A stretch of DNA of 64,000 nucleotides from an uncultured Acidobacteriota bacterium (lineage in GTDB: Bacteria; Acidobacteriota; Thermoanaerobaculia; Multivoradales; UBA5704): contig OY969474.1 in assembly GCA_963700145.1 (NCBI GenBank), forward strand, positions 2,176,001 through 2,240,000. The letters run 5' to 3'. The notes beneath the pieces are model-generated. The model saw only the letters and a list, made by a program, of their open reading frames with translations, did not search any database and had not been told where the DNA came from. The position numbers and the translations under genes are program-made. Shown here piece by piece: positions 44,612-54,347 of this stretch (the first letter of the stretch is position 1; each line of letters starts with the position of its first letter).

Positions 44612-45655
44612 CTACTGCTTCGCGGGCTTGGCGGCGAGCGGCGAAAACGCCATGCCGTCGGGCTCCTTGCCGGCGGCGAAGGTGGCCGTGACCTTCCAGG
44701 TCGCGAGGTCGAGGACGGCGATCTTGTCGGCGTTGGCGTGGGCGACGTAGGCGTGGCGGCCGTCGGGATCGACGACGATGCCGATCGGCACCGAGCTCGT
44801 GCCGAAGGCGCCGAGGAGGCGCCCTTCGGCGGCGACGGCCCGCAGGCCGAAGTCGACGCGGCGCTCGAGCTTGCGGTCGGCGGTCGAGACGACCGCCAGG
44901 TCCCCCGTCCGCGCGGCGCTCACCAGCACGCGCTTGCCGTCCGGCGTCGCCTTGGCGCGGATCGGGAACCCCGGCACCTCGACGGCGGCGACCACCGCGA
45001 GCGTCGCGGCGTCGACCACCGTCACCGTCCCCGCCTCCCGGTTCGTCACCCACACCCAGCGCCCGTCCGGCGAGACCTCGACCCCCTCCGCCCCCTCCCC
45101 GGTCTTCACGTCCGCCAGCTTCTTGCCGGCCGCGAGGTCGATGGCCGTCACCGTCCCCGAGCCGATGTTGGCGACGAAGGCGCGGTTGCCGCCGGGCTGG
45201 ACCGCCACCATGTGCGAGACCTCCTGGCCGGTCGCGATCTCGCGCTCGACCGTCCCCGCCTTCACGTCCACCACCAGCAGCGCTCCGCTCGCCTCCGCCG
45301 TCACCAGCGCCCGCCGGCCGTCCAGCCAGGCAAGGCCGTGCGGCCGCCGCGGGGCGCCGAGATCGATCGTCTTCTCGACCTTGGCGGCGGCGACGTCGAT
45401 CACCGTCAGCGTCCGCCCCGGGCGCGGGCCGGTGCCGTAGTCGGCGACGAGCGCGGTGCGGCCGTCCGGCGAGACCGCCAGCTCGTGCGGCCCTTCGCCG
45501 GTCGGGAGCGTCGCGACGACCTTGCCGGACGGCAGGTCGATCAGCGAGACCGTGGCCTCGGCCTTGTTGCCGACGAGGAGCGTCGCGGCATGGGCGGGCA
45601 GGGAAAGGAGGAGCGCGGCGGCGAGCGCCGCGGCGGCACGGGCGGCTGGTGTCAT
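44612..45655 (-). CDS. Secreted YVTN/YncE-type beta-propeller protein
   Basis: Signal peptide; repeats such as GPHELAVSPDG, AFVAN, VWVTN. Confidence 0.85.
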   Translation of the reverse strand: MTPAARAAAALAAALLLSLPAHAATLLVGNKAEATVSLIDLPSGKVVATLPTGEGPHELAVSPDGRTALVADYGTGPRPGRTLTVIDVAAAKVEKTIDLGAPRRPHGLAWLDGRRALVTAEASGALLVVDVKAGTVEREIATGQEVSHMVAVQPGGNRAFVANIGSGTVTAIDLAAGKKLADVKTGEGAEGVEVSPDGRWVWVTNREAGTVTVVDAATLAVVAAVEVPGFPIRAKATPDGKRVLVSAARTGDLAVVSTADRKLERRVDFGLRAVAAEGRLLGAFGTSSVPIGIVVDPDGRHAYVAHANADKIAVLDLATWKVTATFAAGKEPDGMAFSPLAAKPAKQ

Positions 45656-45742
45656 GGGCGCAACTCTAAGGGAATAGGCCGGCACCCGCCGGGGTTGCCC
45701 TGGGCGCCGCTCCCTCGTTCTAAGATCCGCGCGGCCTCGAGG

Positions 45743-46273
45743 ATGCCCATGACCTTCCGTCCGACCCGCCCGTCCCGCACCGCCGCGCTGGCCCTGGCGC
45801 TCGCCACGACCCTCTTCTTCGGCTGCGGCGGCGGCGCCTCGGCGGGCTCGCCGGGGAAGGTCGGCTCCGCCGTCCCCAAGCTCGCCTTCCGCACCCTGGA
45901 CGGCAAGCCCTTCTCCTTCGACGACCACAAGGGCCAAGTCGTGCTGGTCGACTTCTGGGCCACCTGGTGCACACCCTGCCACCTGCAGACCCGCATCCTC
46001 GAGCCGATCCACCGCGACTACACGGCGAAGGGGGTGAAGTTCTTCTCGGTCGACCTCGGCGAGTCGCCCGAGGCGGTCAAGAAGTTCCTCGCCAAGCACC
46101 CGCTCCCCTACCCGACTCTCCTCGACCCCCAGGACTCCGCCGCCGAGCGCCTGGAGGTCTACGCCCTGCCGACGGTGATGGTCCTCGACAAGAAGGGCAA
46201 GATCGCCTTCCTGCAGAACAGCCTCGTCGACGGGCCCACGCTCCGGCGCATTCTTCAGAAGGCCGGCGCCTAG
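45743..46273 (+). CDS. TlpA-family thiol-disulfide oxidoreductase (lipoprotein)
   Basis: Lipobox-like FFGC; DFWATWCTPC; ALPT. Confidence 0.9.
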   Translation: MPMTFRPTRPSRTAALALALATTLFFGCGGGASAGSPGKVGSAVPKLAFRTLDGKPFSFDDHKGQVVLVDFWATWCTPCHLQTRILEPIHRDYTAKGVKFFSVDLGESPEAVKKFLAKHPLPYPTLLDPQDSAAERLEVYALPTVMVLDKKGKIAFLQNSLVDGPTLRRILQKAGA

Positions 46274-46278
46274 CCGCT

Positions 46279-46404
46279 AACTCCGCCCGGACGCCTCGGG
46301 TCGAGTTATCGAGGCCTCGGAACTCCGCCCGAACGCTCTGGGTCGAGTTACCGGCGCCTCGGAACTCCGCCCGGACGCTCCGGGCGGAGTTTCCGCCGCC
46401 CCAG
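46279..46404. repeat. Three 42-bp palindromic tandem repeats
   Basis: AACTCCGCCCG...GG(T/C)(C/G)GAGTT units start at 46279, 46321 and 46363. Confidence 0.85.
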
Positions 46405-46459
46405 GATTCCCCGCCGGGGGGCCGGCCGAAACCCGGCCGTCCCCGCAGATCACTCCCCC

Positions 46460-47062
46460 CTAGCTCAACACCACCAGCGCCACCCGCCGGTTCTGCGCCC
46501 GGCCTTCGCGGCTGTCGTTGTCGGCGACCGGGGCGCTCTCGCCGTAGGAGATGATGTTGATGCGGTGGAGCGGGAACTTGTGCTGCTGCGACAGGTACCG
46601 CCGCACGGCCTCGGCGCGCTCCAGGCCGAGGTGCTCGTTGTAGGACTCCCCGCCGATGCCGTCGGTATGGCCCTGGATCTCGATGTAGACACCCTTCCCC
46701 GCCGAGACGAGCCCGTTGGCGAACTCGTCGAGCGCCGCCTTGGCTTCCGGCGAGAGCTCCGCGACGTCGAAGCCGAACTTGACCTTCTCGTCGGTGAGCA
46801 CGGTCTCGTAGAGGAGCTTGCCCTCGGCGAGCTTGCCGGCTTCGGTGGCCCGCTGCAGGGCGTCCTGGGCGGTGCGCGAGGCCTCGCCGATCGCCTGCTC
46901 GTTGCGGCCGATGCGGGTCTGGGCCTCCTCGACCTGCCCCTCGACGTCATCGACGCGGGTGTGGACTGCCTGGGTCTCGCCGCGGACGTACTTCTTCGTC
47001 GCGCAGCCGGCGCTGCCGACCAGCGCCAGCACGAGCGTGAGACAGAGTGTGATCGCTCTCAT
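46460..47062 (-). CDS. OmpA-family lipoprotein
   Basis: GCATKKYV, GHTD..G..YN..LG..RA, SYGE..P, NRRV. Confidence 0.92.
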   Translation of the reverse strand: MRAITLCLTLVLALVGSAGCATKKYVRGETQAVHTRVDDVEGQVEEAQTRIGRNEQAIGEASRTAQDALQRATEAGKLAEGKLLYETVLTDEKVKFGFDVAELSPEAKAALDEFANGLVSAGKGVYIEIQGHTDGIGGESYNEHLGLERAEAVRRYLSQQHKFPLHRINIISYGESAPVADNDSREGRAQNRRVALVVLS

Positions 47063-47125
47063 CGTTCTGATCTCCTTTGTGCCTCCAGTGGACTTCGATT
47101 GAATGAAGCGGGAGGCCTCCCCTCC

Positions 47126-48130
47126 CTATCCCCCCGTGGTGTCCCCCGCCGGCGCAGGGGCCGGCGGCGGACCGGTATAGCCGCGGCGGAAAGCCACGGC
47201 GCGGCGGCCGTCCCCCTCGACCGCCACCTTGAGCTGGCGGAAGCGGGAGCGGCCGTCTCCCGTCGAAAACCCGAGAACGTACTGGTGGCGCAGGTCGTCT
47301 TCGATCGCGGCCACGGCTTCCTTCAGATCGTCGGGGCCGTCGACCGGCAGGTAGCGCCCGCCGGTCATGTGCGCCAGCAGGTTCAGCACGTCCGCATAAC
47401 GGTAGACCTTCTCGCCCTGCGGCGTCACCTCATACGGGTTCCCGGCACGGAGCCCCAGGACGTAGACCGGGAGCTGGGCCTGGCGCACGATCCGCCGCGC
47501 CTCCTCGGGCCGGATGCGGCTGGCGTTGTCGAGGCCGTCGGTGACGAGCAGGATGAAGCGCTTGGCGTTGTGGCCGGCGGCCGAGATCCGGGGCAGCGCG
47601 GCCACCGCGTCGTGCAGAGCGGTGGTGCCGTAGGCCTTCCAGGAGTCGACCGACTGCCGCAGCGCCGCGACGTCGCCGGTGAACGGCACCTCGACCCGGC
47701 TCTCGTCGCCGGAGAAGCTGGCGAGCGCGAACTCGTCGCCGTCCTTGGCGCGGTCGAGGAAGTAGCGCACCACCTCCTGGCTGGCGGCGAGCTTGCCCGA
47801 GGTCTCCATGCTGCCGGAGAGGTCCTGGAGGAAGACCAGCGAGGCCGGGGCGTCGGCGCGCGGCTCGAAGCTCTCGATCGCCACCCGCCGCCCCTCGACC
47901 TCCAGCCGGAAATCGTCCGCCTCGAGGCCGCGGGCGTAGCCGCTGCCGGCCCGCACCACGACCGGCACCAAGACGTACCCCACCGAGAAGGTCTCGCCGA
48001 AGCTGCCCGCGGGCGGCTCGCCGGGGGCCTGCCCCGAGGACGGCGCCGGCGGCACCCCCAGGGCGAGGCCGACGGCGGCGGCCGCCGAGAGGAGCGCGCG
48101 GGCTCCACGGCGCGGGGCGGTGCGTGTCAT
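47126..48130 (-). CDS. VWA-domain protein (acidobacterial VWFA type); start uncertain
   Basis: DLSGSM, GTTALHDA, VTDGLDN, TGGRY, LRHQYVLGF. Confidence 0.88.
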   Translation of the reverse strand: MTRTAPRRGARALLSAAAAVGLALGVPPAPSSGQAPGEPPAGSFGETFSVGYVLVPVVVRAGSGYARGLEADDFRLEVEGRRVAIESFEPRADAPASLVFLQDLSGSMETSGKLAASQEVVRYFLDRAKDGDEFALASFSGDESRVEVPFTGDVAALRQSVDSWKAYGTTALHDAVAALPRISAAGHNAKRFILLVTDGLDNASRIRPEEARRIVRQAQLPVYVLGLRAGNPYEVTPQGEKVYRYADVLNLLAHMTGGRYLPVDGPDDLKEAVAAIEDDLRHQYVLGFSTGDGRSRFRQLKVAVEGDGRRAVAFRRGYTGPPPAPAPAGDTTGG

Positions 48131-48231
48131 GGCGGCGGGGTGGCGGTGCAAACCGCGGGCCACCTTATGCAGCGTCAGCTAACTATGAGTCGCAGCGCTA
48201 AGCTGGCGCCGCGAGGAGGCCACCCCACCCC

Positions 48232-48483
48232 ATGAACGACCCCGTCGACATCCGCGACCTCTCGGTCAAGTGCGGCAACTGCAACACTTACCAGACCCTC
48301 GCCGGGTTCTCACGGCGCGACGAGTGGAACGTCTACACCTACGAGTGCGAGAACGAGATCTGCGACCCGGCGGTGACCCGCACCCACGTCGAGGTGCCGC
48401 GCGAGCTCGACACCTTCGCGCGCCGCGACCCGGAGTGGCGCGGCGGGCGGCGGCACGCCGGCGCCGAGCCCGAGGCCGGCTGA
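48232..48483 (+). CDS. Small hypothetical protein with four Cys (possible zinc ribbon)
   Basis: CGNC...CENEIC; RBS GAGGAGG; host-like codon usage. Confidence 0.75.
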   Translation: MNDPVDIRDLSVKCGNCNTYQTLAGFSRRDEWNVYTYECENEICDPAVTRTHVEVPRELDTFARRDPEWRGGRRHAGAEPEAG

Positions 48484-48568
48484 GCCGGGGGGCTGTGCTA
48501 CGCTTTCGCCGGGGCCGTCGCTCGCGCCCCAACCCCCGAACCAACCGTCCACCCGAGACGAGGAGCCG

Positions 48569-49636
48569 ATGACGAACATCGTCCACATCGTGGGCACCGG
48601 CACGATCGGCGAGCCGCTGATCGGCCTCTTCACCGACTTCCGCGACAAGATGGGGATCGACGAGGTCACCTTCCACAAGCGCACCCCGCTGGCCTCCGAC
48701 CGCGCCAAGCTGGCGCACCTGATGAGCCGCGGGGTGAAGCTGGCGGTGGACGACGCGGTGCGGAAGGACTTCGAGAAGCTGGGCCACGAGGTCAGCTACT
48801 CGGCGGAGGAGGCGCTCGAGCGGGCCACCGTCGTCATCGACTGCACCCCGGCCGGCAACGAGAACAAGGAGAAGTGGTACAAGCACCTCTCCGGCGCCAA
48901 GGGCTTCCTCGCCCAGGGGAGCGAGTTCGGCTTCGGCAAGCCCTACGCCCGCGGCGTCAACGACGAGGTGCTGGTGCCCGGCGAGGACCGCTACGTCCAG
49001 ATCGTCTCCTGCAACACCCACAACATCACCACCCTCATCAAGACGGTCTGCGACGACGAGGACGGCAGCGAGTACAACCTGCGCAAGGGGACCTTCGTCT
49101 GCATGCGGCGGGCGAACGACATCAGCCAGTCCGACAGCTACGTGCCGGCCCCCAACGTCGGCAAGCACGACGACCCGCTCTTCGGCACCCATCACGCGCA
49201 CGACGCCCACCACCTCTTCGAGACGATGGGCAAGGACCTGAACCTCTTCTCGAGCGCGGTGAAGCTCAACACCCAGTACATGCACTCGATCTGGTTCAAC
49301 CTCGACCTCGACCGGAAGATGGAGCTCGACGAGGTCAAGCGGCGGCTGCTCGAGAACCCGCGCGTGGCGGTCACCGACAAGCGCTACGCCAACCTGATCT
49401 TCAGCTTCGGCCGCGACCACGGCTACTACGGGCGGATCCTGTCGCAGACGGTGGTCGTCATGCCGACCCTCATGCTGCGCAACGGCTGCGAGCTCTACGG
49501 CTTCTGCTTCACCCCCCAGGACGGCAACTCGCTCCTCTCCTCGATCGCCGCCGCCCTCTGGCTGATCGACCCGGACCCGGACAGCGTCGCACAGCGGCTG
49601 GCGCCCATGCGGCGCTGGCTGTACCGAGAGATCTAG
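48569..49636 (+). CDS. Archaeal-type (class II) GAPDH-like dehydrogenase
   Basis: GTGTIG, IDCTP, QG.E, VSCNT, RRAND, HH..D, YMH. Confidence 0.75.
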   Translation: MTNIVHIVGTGTIGEPLIGLFTDFRDKMGIDEVTFHKRTPLASDRAKLAHLMSRGVKLAVDDAVRKDFEKLGHEVSYSAEEALERATVVIDCTPAGNENKEKWYKHLSGAKGFLAQGSEFGFGKPYARGVNDEVLVPGEDRYVQIVSCNTHNITTLIKTVCDDEDGSEYNLRKGTFVCMRRANDISQSDSYVPAPNVGKHDDPLFGTHHAHDAHHLFETMGKDLNLFSSAVKLNTQYMHSIWFNLDLDRKMELDEVKRRLLENPRVAVTDKRYANLIFSFGRDHGYYGRILSQTVVVMPTLMLRNGCELYGFCFTPQDGNSLLSSIAAALWLIDPDPDSVAQRLAPMRRWLYREI

Positions 49637-49644
49637 ACCGCCCG

Positions 49645-50475
49645 ATGCGGCCGGTCGAGCTCCAGCTCCCGGGGCTCCGCCTCGAGGGGTGGTCGCGGGC
49701 CGGCGACGAGACCTGGTTCCGTGTCCATCCGCCCGGCTTGGCGATCGACGTCGGGCGCGGGGCGCTCCAGCTCGGCGGCGCCGCCGACGTCTTCATCAGC
49801 CACGGCCACCTCGACCACGCCCTCGGGCTGCCGTTCGTCCTCTCGCAGCGCTCGCTCCACCGCGGCCTCTCGACCCGCGTCTTCTGCCCGCAGGAGATCG
49901 CCGAGCCGCTGGCGGCGCTGGTGGCCGCCGCCGAAGGGCTGGAGCAGGCGCGCTACCGCTGGGAGCTCGTGCCGCTCGCCCCCGGCGACCGCGCCGAGCT
50001 GTCGCGCGACCTCCTGCTCGAGGCCTTCTCGACCGACCACGTGGTGCCGACCCTGGGGCTCCACCTGATCCGCAAGAAGCGCCGGCTCGACCAGCGCCTG
50101 GCCGGGGCGTCGCGCGAGGAGCTGGCGGCGCGGCGCGAGCGCGGCGAGGAGACGACGGAGGTCGTCGAGGAGCTGGCCTTCGCCTACTGCGGCGATACCG
50201 GCCCGGCGGTCTTCGAGCGCCAGCCGCGGCTCTTCACGACCGACGTGCTGATGCTCGAGTGCACCTTCCTGGGCGAAGGGCACCGCCAGCGCGGCGGGCG
50301 CTACAAGCACATCCACATCGAGGACCTGGCGGAGCGCGCCGAGCGCTTCGCGAACCGGGCGATCGTCCTCCACCACCTGTCGCGGCGGCACAGCGTCGGC
50401 GAGCTGCGCGCGGCGGTGGCCCGGCACCTGCCGGGGCTGGCGGAGCGGGTGCACCTGCTGGTGGAGGGGACGTGA
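49645..50475 (+). CDS. RNase Z-like metallo-beta-lactamase fold hydrolase
   Basis: SHGHLDH, YCGDT, ECTF, HLSRR. Confidence 0.85.
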   Translation: MRPVELQLPGLRLEGWSRAGDETWFRVHPPGLAIDVGRGALQLGGAADVFISHGHLDHALGLPFVLSQRSLHRGLSTRVFCPQEIAEPLAALVAAAEGLEQARYRWELVPLAPGDRAELSRDLLLEAFSTDHVVPTLGLHLIRKKRRLDQRLAGASREELAARRERGEETTEVVEELAFAYCGDTGPAVFERQPRLFTTDVLMLECTFLGEGHRQRGGRYKHIHIEDLAERAERFANRAIVLHHLSRRHSVGELRAAVARHLPGLAERVHLLVEGT

Positions 50476-51911
50476 GGGGGGCCAGACCGCCGGGACGGAG
50501 GCCGCCGGGCGGCAGGAAGCCGCCGGGGAGGCCGCCGGGGCGACCGCCGCGCGGGCCGGAGCGCGGGCCGCGCGAGCCGGCGCGGGGGCCGCGCCGCGGC
50601 CCGCCTCGGGGCCCGGAGCGCGGGCCGCGCCCTCCCGACCGGCGTGAAGGCGCGCGCCCGGTCGAGCCGCGGCGCGAGCGCCGCCCCCTGCCGTCGCGGC
50701 AGCCGCGCCGCCCCGCGCCGCCGGTCGGCGCGCGGCTCGCCGGCGTCGAGGAGCTGGAGGTTTCGATCGAGAAGCTGGTGGCCGGCGGCGAGGGGCTGGC
50801 GCGCTACGAAGGGGTGCCGATCTTCGTCCGCCGCGCCGCCCCCGGCGACCGGCTGCGCATCCGACTCGTCGAGCGGCGCCCCGACTACGGCCGCGCCGAG
50901 ATCGTCGAGATCCTCGCCCCCGGCCCCGACCGCCGCCCCGACCCGGTGCCGTCGCTGGCCGAGTGGGGCGGCTGCGACCTCCAGCACATCGAGGACGCCG
51001 CCCAGGCGCGGCACAAGGCGGCGGCGGCGCGCGAGACCCTGGAGCGGCTCGGCGGCGTGCGCCTGCCGGAGGCGCCGGCGCTGGTCACCGGCGACCCCTG
51101 GCACTACCGCCTGCGCACGCAGCTCCACACCGAGCCGGTTCGATCGGAGCCTGGGGGCGACGGCGTCCTGGTCGGCTACCACGCGCGCGGCACGCACCGG
51201 CTGATCCCGGTCGTCGAGTGCCCCATCCTGGTGCCCGAGCTGGAGCGCTTCGTCCTCGGCCTCTCGCGCGAGCTGCCGGCCGACGCGCCGCGGCGGCTGG
51301 ACGTCGCCTGCGGCGACGGCGGCGCGATCTCCATGGCGCCGCTCGTCGCCGGCCAGCCGCACGGCGAAGTGGCGGTCGAGGCCGCCGGCTCCGTCTACGC
51401 CTACGACGCCCGCTGCTTCTTCCAGGCCCACCGCGGCCTCCTGCCGCGGCTCATCGAGACCGCCGTCGGTCCCTGGGACGGGGGCGAGGCCTACGACCTC
51501 TACTGCGGGGTCGGCCTCTTCACCCTGGCGCTCGCCCGCCGCTACGGCCGGGTCGTGGGCGTCGAAGGCGACCGCATCGCCGCCCGCTACGCGCGCAACA
51601 ACGCGCGCAAGAACCACCTCCCCAACGTCGAGGTCGAGTCGAGCGCCGTCGAAGGCTGGATCGACGCCCTCCCCGCGGCCCCCGACCGCGTGATCGTCGA
51701 TCCCCCGCGCACCGGCCTCACTCCGCGCGTCCGCCGCGCCCTCCTCGAGCGCCCCGCCGGGCGTCTCACCTACGTCTCCTGCGACCCCGCCACCTTGGCC
51801 CGCGACCTCGCGATCCTCCGCCGCCTCTATGCGGTCGAGAGCGTCACCTTCCTCGACCTCTTCCCCCAGACCGGGCACCTCGAGACCGTGGTGCAGATGG
51901 TGCGGGCGTGA
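50472..51911 (+). CDS. RlmD/TrmA-family RNA uracil-5-methyltransferase with TRAM domain and Arg/Pro/Gly-rich N-terminus
   Basis: GGCDLQH, FFQ, DLYCGVG, DPPR.G, YVSCDP.TLARD, DLFPQT.HLE. Confidence 0.9.
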   Translation: MRGARPPGRRPPGGRKPPGRPPGRPPRGPERGPREPARGPRRGPPRGPERGPRPPDRREGARPVEPRRERRPLPSRQPRRPAPPVGARLAGVEELEVSIEKLVAGGEGLARYEGVPIFVRRAAPGDRLRIRLVERRPDYGRAEIVEILAPGPDRRPDPVPSLAEWGGCDLQHIEDAAQARHKAAAARETLERLGGVRLPEAPALVTGDPWHYRLRTQLHTEPVRSEPGGDGVLVGYHARGTHRLIPVVECPILVPELERFVLGLSRELPADAPRRLDVACGDGGAISMAPLVAGQPHGEVAVEAAGSVYAYDARCFFQAHRGLLPRLIETAVGPWDGGEAYDLYCGVGLFTLALARRYGRVVGVEGDRIAARYARNNARKNHLPNVEVESSAVEGWIDALPAAPDRVIVDPPRTGLTPRVRRALLERPAGRLTYVSCDPATLARDLAILRRLYAVESVTFLDLFPQTGHLETVVQMVRA

Positions 51912-51971
51912 GCCAGCAGGAGAACGGCGGCGGCGCCGCCCCTCCACTGCGCCTCGCTCGTGCAGATAGGA

Positions 51972-53723
51972 TCACTCTGTCTGACTCTCACCGATCGCTG
52001 TCCAATACAATGCCGACCGGTACGTTCCAAGCAGAGCAACGAAAACCGTCTGTGCTATTGCGAGGAAGATCTGTTGGTCCTTTGCCAGCTGGTCGGCGAC
52101 AGAATGTAGTTGTATTCCGGTAGCATCCGAGGTGATCATCCCCGGTACGTAGGTTGCCAGATTCCATATTTGATACTGAAGAGACACCGCTTCGCTCGAA
52201 TCGCCTCTGCGACTTGCCTCAAGCATCTGATCTGTTAGAATTTGCCTTTGCGCCGCCACTTCCTCAGTCTGTATTCCAGGCGGCATGTAGAGCGGTATTC
52301 GATGCGCGGCGGGATCACGAAGCCTCTTGACTTCGCGGTTCCAGTCTGCGTGCTTCTGAAGTCGAGCCGCCAAATCACTCCCCTTCGGTTCGAGTGCTGC
52401 TAGAAACGGCCTACTGAAGAGCCTAGAGAAGTTGCGATGGTCTCTTGAACCTTCGTCAATGTCATTCTTGAGCTCCAACTCATAGGCAAGCAGCCAAGCA
52501 AGATTGTCGAGCGCTCCACTGAGATTGAGGTAGTAGGCATTCAGATGGATGCTCAACTCAACCGTCATGTCCGGATTGAGAAGGTTCTCTCGGTTATATG
52601 TCTCATCGTAAAGGCGCTTACGCGAGGCTACCATCATCAAGTGTCGCTGCAGAAAACCCTCTCGCAGGTGGCGCCGGGATTGCACATTATGGAGACAATC
52701 GGTCCGTATTATTATCCACTCGGTAAGTCGTTTCTCAAGGATCGTCAGGCGGTGATGCACTGCTGCAACTGATTGAAGCCACTCCCGCTCCCGCTCCGCT
52801 GCTTCGGAGAGTACAGATATCCGCCAGAGGCGCAGCACTTTGTCATTCTCCCCGAGGGTGGCGATAATAGGCTCACGCGGATGAAAGGCCAAACTCGGTG
52901 GCCACCGCCTCGAGGTCGGCTCTTGAAGAACCGAGACCAAGTCCCCCGTGTCGAGTCGCCAAAGCCGGACGGTATCGTCTGCCGCTTTTGAGGCAAGAAG
53001 AGTTCCATCAGCGGAGAACGACACCGCCTTCAGGTCGCCTTGATGTCCCTCAAGGCGGCGAGAAAAGCGACCGGTGTCGGCGTTCCATACGAACACGACA
53101 GGATCTCCAAAGAAACCACCGGCTATTAGGCTTGCGTCGCGAGACCAGGCCAGCCCGATCAGCTCACGGTCCGGTCTTCCCGAGACTGCGCGCACATCTC
53201 CCGTGCCTACATCGTGTAACCAACCGCTCCCTTTCTTACCGCAGATTGCCAGCTGTCTGCCGACAGAGGACCATGCGACGAACGAAACCCCGACACCCAC
53301 CTGTATCTCCTGGATCAGCTCTCCGGTTGCGGAGTCCCACAGCCGGACCACCTCTCCTTCAGCTGTCGCGATCGTGGTGCCATCCGCTGAGCAACTCGCC
53401 TCACGCACACCCCTTCCAATCTCTAGCCGAGTCTTGCGACCGGCTAAAGGATGAACGCGCAGGGTGGCACTTTGCGCCTCGCCCCAAAGCAGCAATTCCT
53501 CTTCTCCTGCCCAGGCAAAGGCAACGGGGCTCCGAGGGCCTGCCGTGAACGTCCGAACGAGATGACCGTTCTCGGTATCCCAAACGCGTACTGTGCCGTT
53601 TGAGCAGCCGGCGGCGATCCTCGTACCATTGGGCGACCACGCGACGCGTCCTAGCCAGCCGCGCCGACTACGGAGAACAAAGAGCAACCGGAAACCCGGC
53701 GGAGGGGCTTCAATCTTGCTCAT
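51972..53723 (-). CDS. WD40-repeat protein with C-terminal HEPN-like domain
   Basis: WD repeats (VAWSPNG, VRVWD, LEGH, VRLWR), then NAYYLNLSGALDNLAW and RDPAAH (Rx4H); low GC. Confidence 0.75.
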   Translation of the reverse strand: MSKIEAPPPGFRLLFVLRSRRGWLGRVAWSPNGTRIAAGCSNGTVRVWDTENGHLVRTFTAGPRSPVAFAWAGEEELLLWGEAQSATLRVHPLAGRKTRLEIGRGVREASCSADGTTIATAEGEVVRLWDSATGELIQEIQVGVGVSFVAWSSVGRQLAICGKKGSGWLHDVGTGDVRAVSGRPDRELIGLAWSRDASLIAGGFFGDPVVFVWNADTGRFSRRLEGHQGDLKAVSFSADGTLLASKAADDTVRLWRLDTGDLVSVLQEPTSRRWPPSLAFHPREPIIATLGENDKVLRLWRISVLSEAAEREREWLQSVAAVHHRLTILEKRLTEWIIIRTDCLHNVQSRRHLREGFLQRHLMMVASRKRLYDETYNRENLLNPDMTVELSIHLNAYYLNLSGALDNLAWLLAYELELKNDIDEGSRDHRNFSRLFSRPFLAALEPKGSDLAARLQKHADWNREVKRLRDPAAHRIPLYMPPGIQTEEVAAQRQILTDQMLEASRRGDSSEAVSLQYQIWNLATYVPGMITSDATGIQLHSVADQLAKDQQIFLAIAQTVFVALLGTYRSALYWTAIGESQTE

Positions 53724-53902
53724 GCTTCAAAGACTAGCTGGGGCGCTGCCCCCCGGCCATGGATATGCCCGGCTTGGCGAGCCGGATGCTTGGCATCGGG
53801 CTGCAAGCCAAAGGAGTCTATGGTCCACCCCTCCCTTTGGGGAACTATTGGCAGTCGGAGCTCGGCGCTCACCGCCCCAGGCGCCCGCCGTTCGGCCATC
53901 AG

Positions 53903-54209
53903 CCGCCCCCCGTGTCTAAGTCTTCAGGATGGACACGACAACACCGCAGTGTTCCCGGGTCTCAGGGTGGAGCGGCCACGAGGAGGGCGGGGCCAACAAG
54001 CGGCGGCAGCTGGCGGAGCTGGCGGCCGGGACCAACGCGCGGCAGAAGTCGTGGTGGAACGGACCTACTGCGGCGTCTACGCTTTCCTCCAACGCCTCAC
54101 CGCCGATCCCGAGCTAGCCGCCGAGGTGACGCAGGAGACCTACCGCCGGGCCTGGGCAGCGTTCTCGTCGTTCGACGGGCGCGCCCGCTTTTCGACCGGG
54201 CTCTGCCGC
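53903..54209 (+). pseudogene. Frameshifted, truncated duplicate of the ECF sigma 5' half and its upstream region
   Basis: GTGTCTAAGTCTTCAGGATGGACAC...CTCTGCCGC matches about 56296-56607 with indels. Confidence 0.88.
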
Positions 54210-54347
54210 GATGCTCCTCTCCGGTCGGAAGAGCACGTGGATCGCTGGTGTCGGCAGTGGAGCATGGCGTGCGGCGCACTGCTCTCGCCGCAGGCGGCCC
54301 GATCGCTGGGCGGCGGTACCGCCGCCCAGCCCGGCCGTAGAAGCTGT

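Noticed and set aside
50472-50740. RGPERGP-type repeats as a separate element
   Set aside because: They form an in-frame low-complexity N-terminal extension of the RlmD-like protein.
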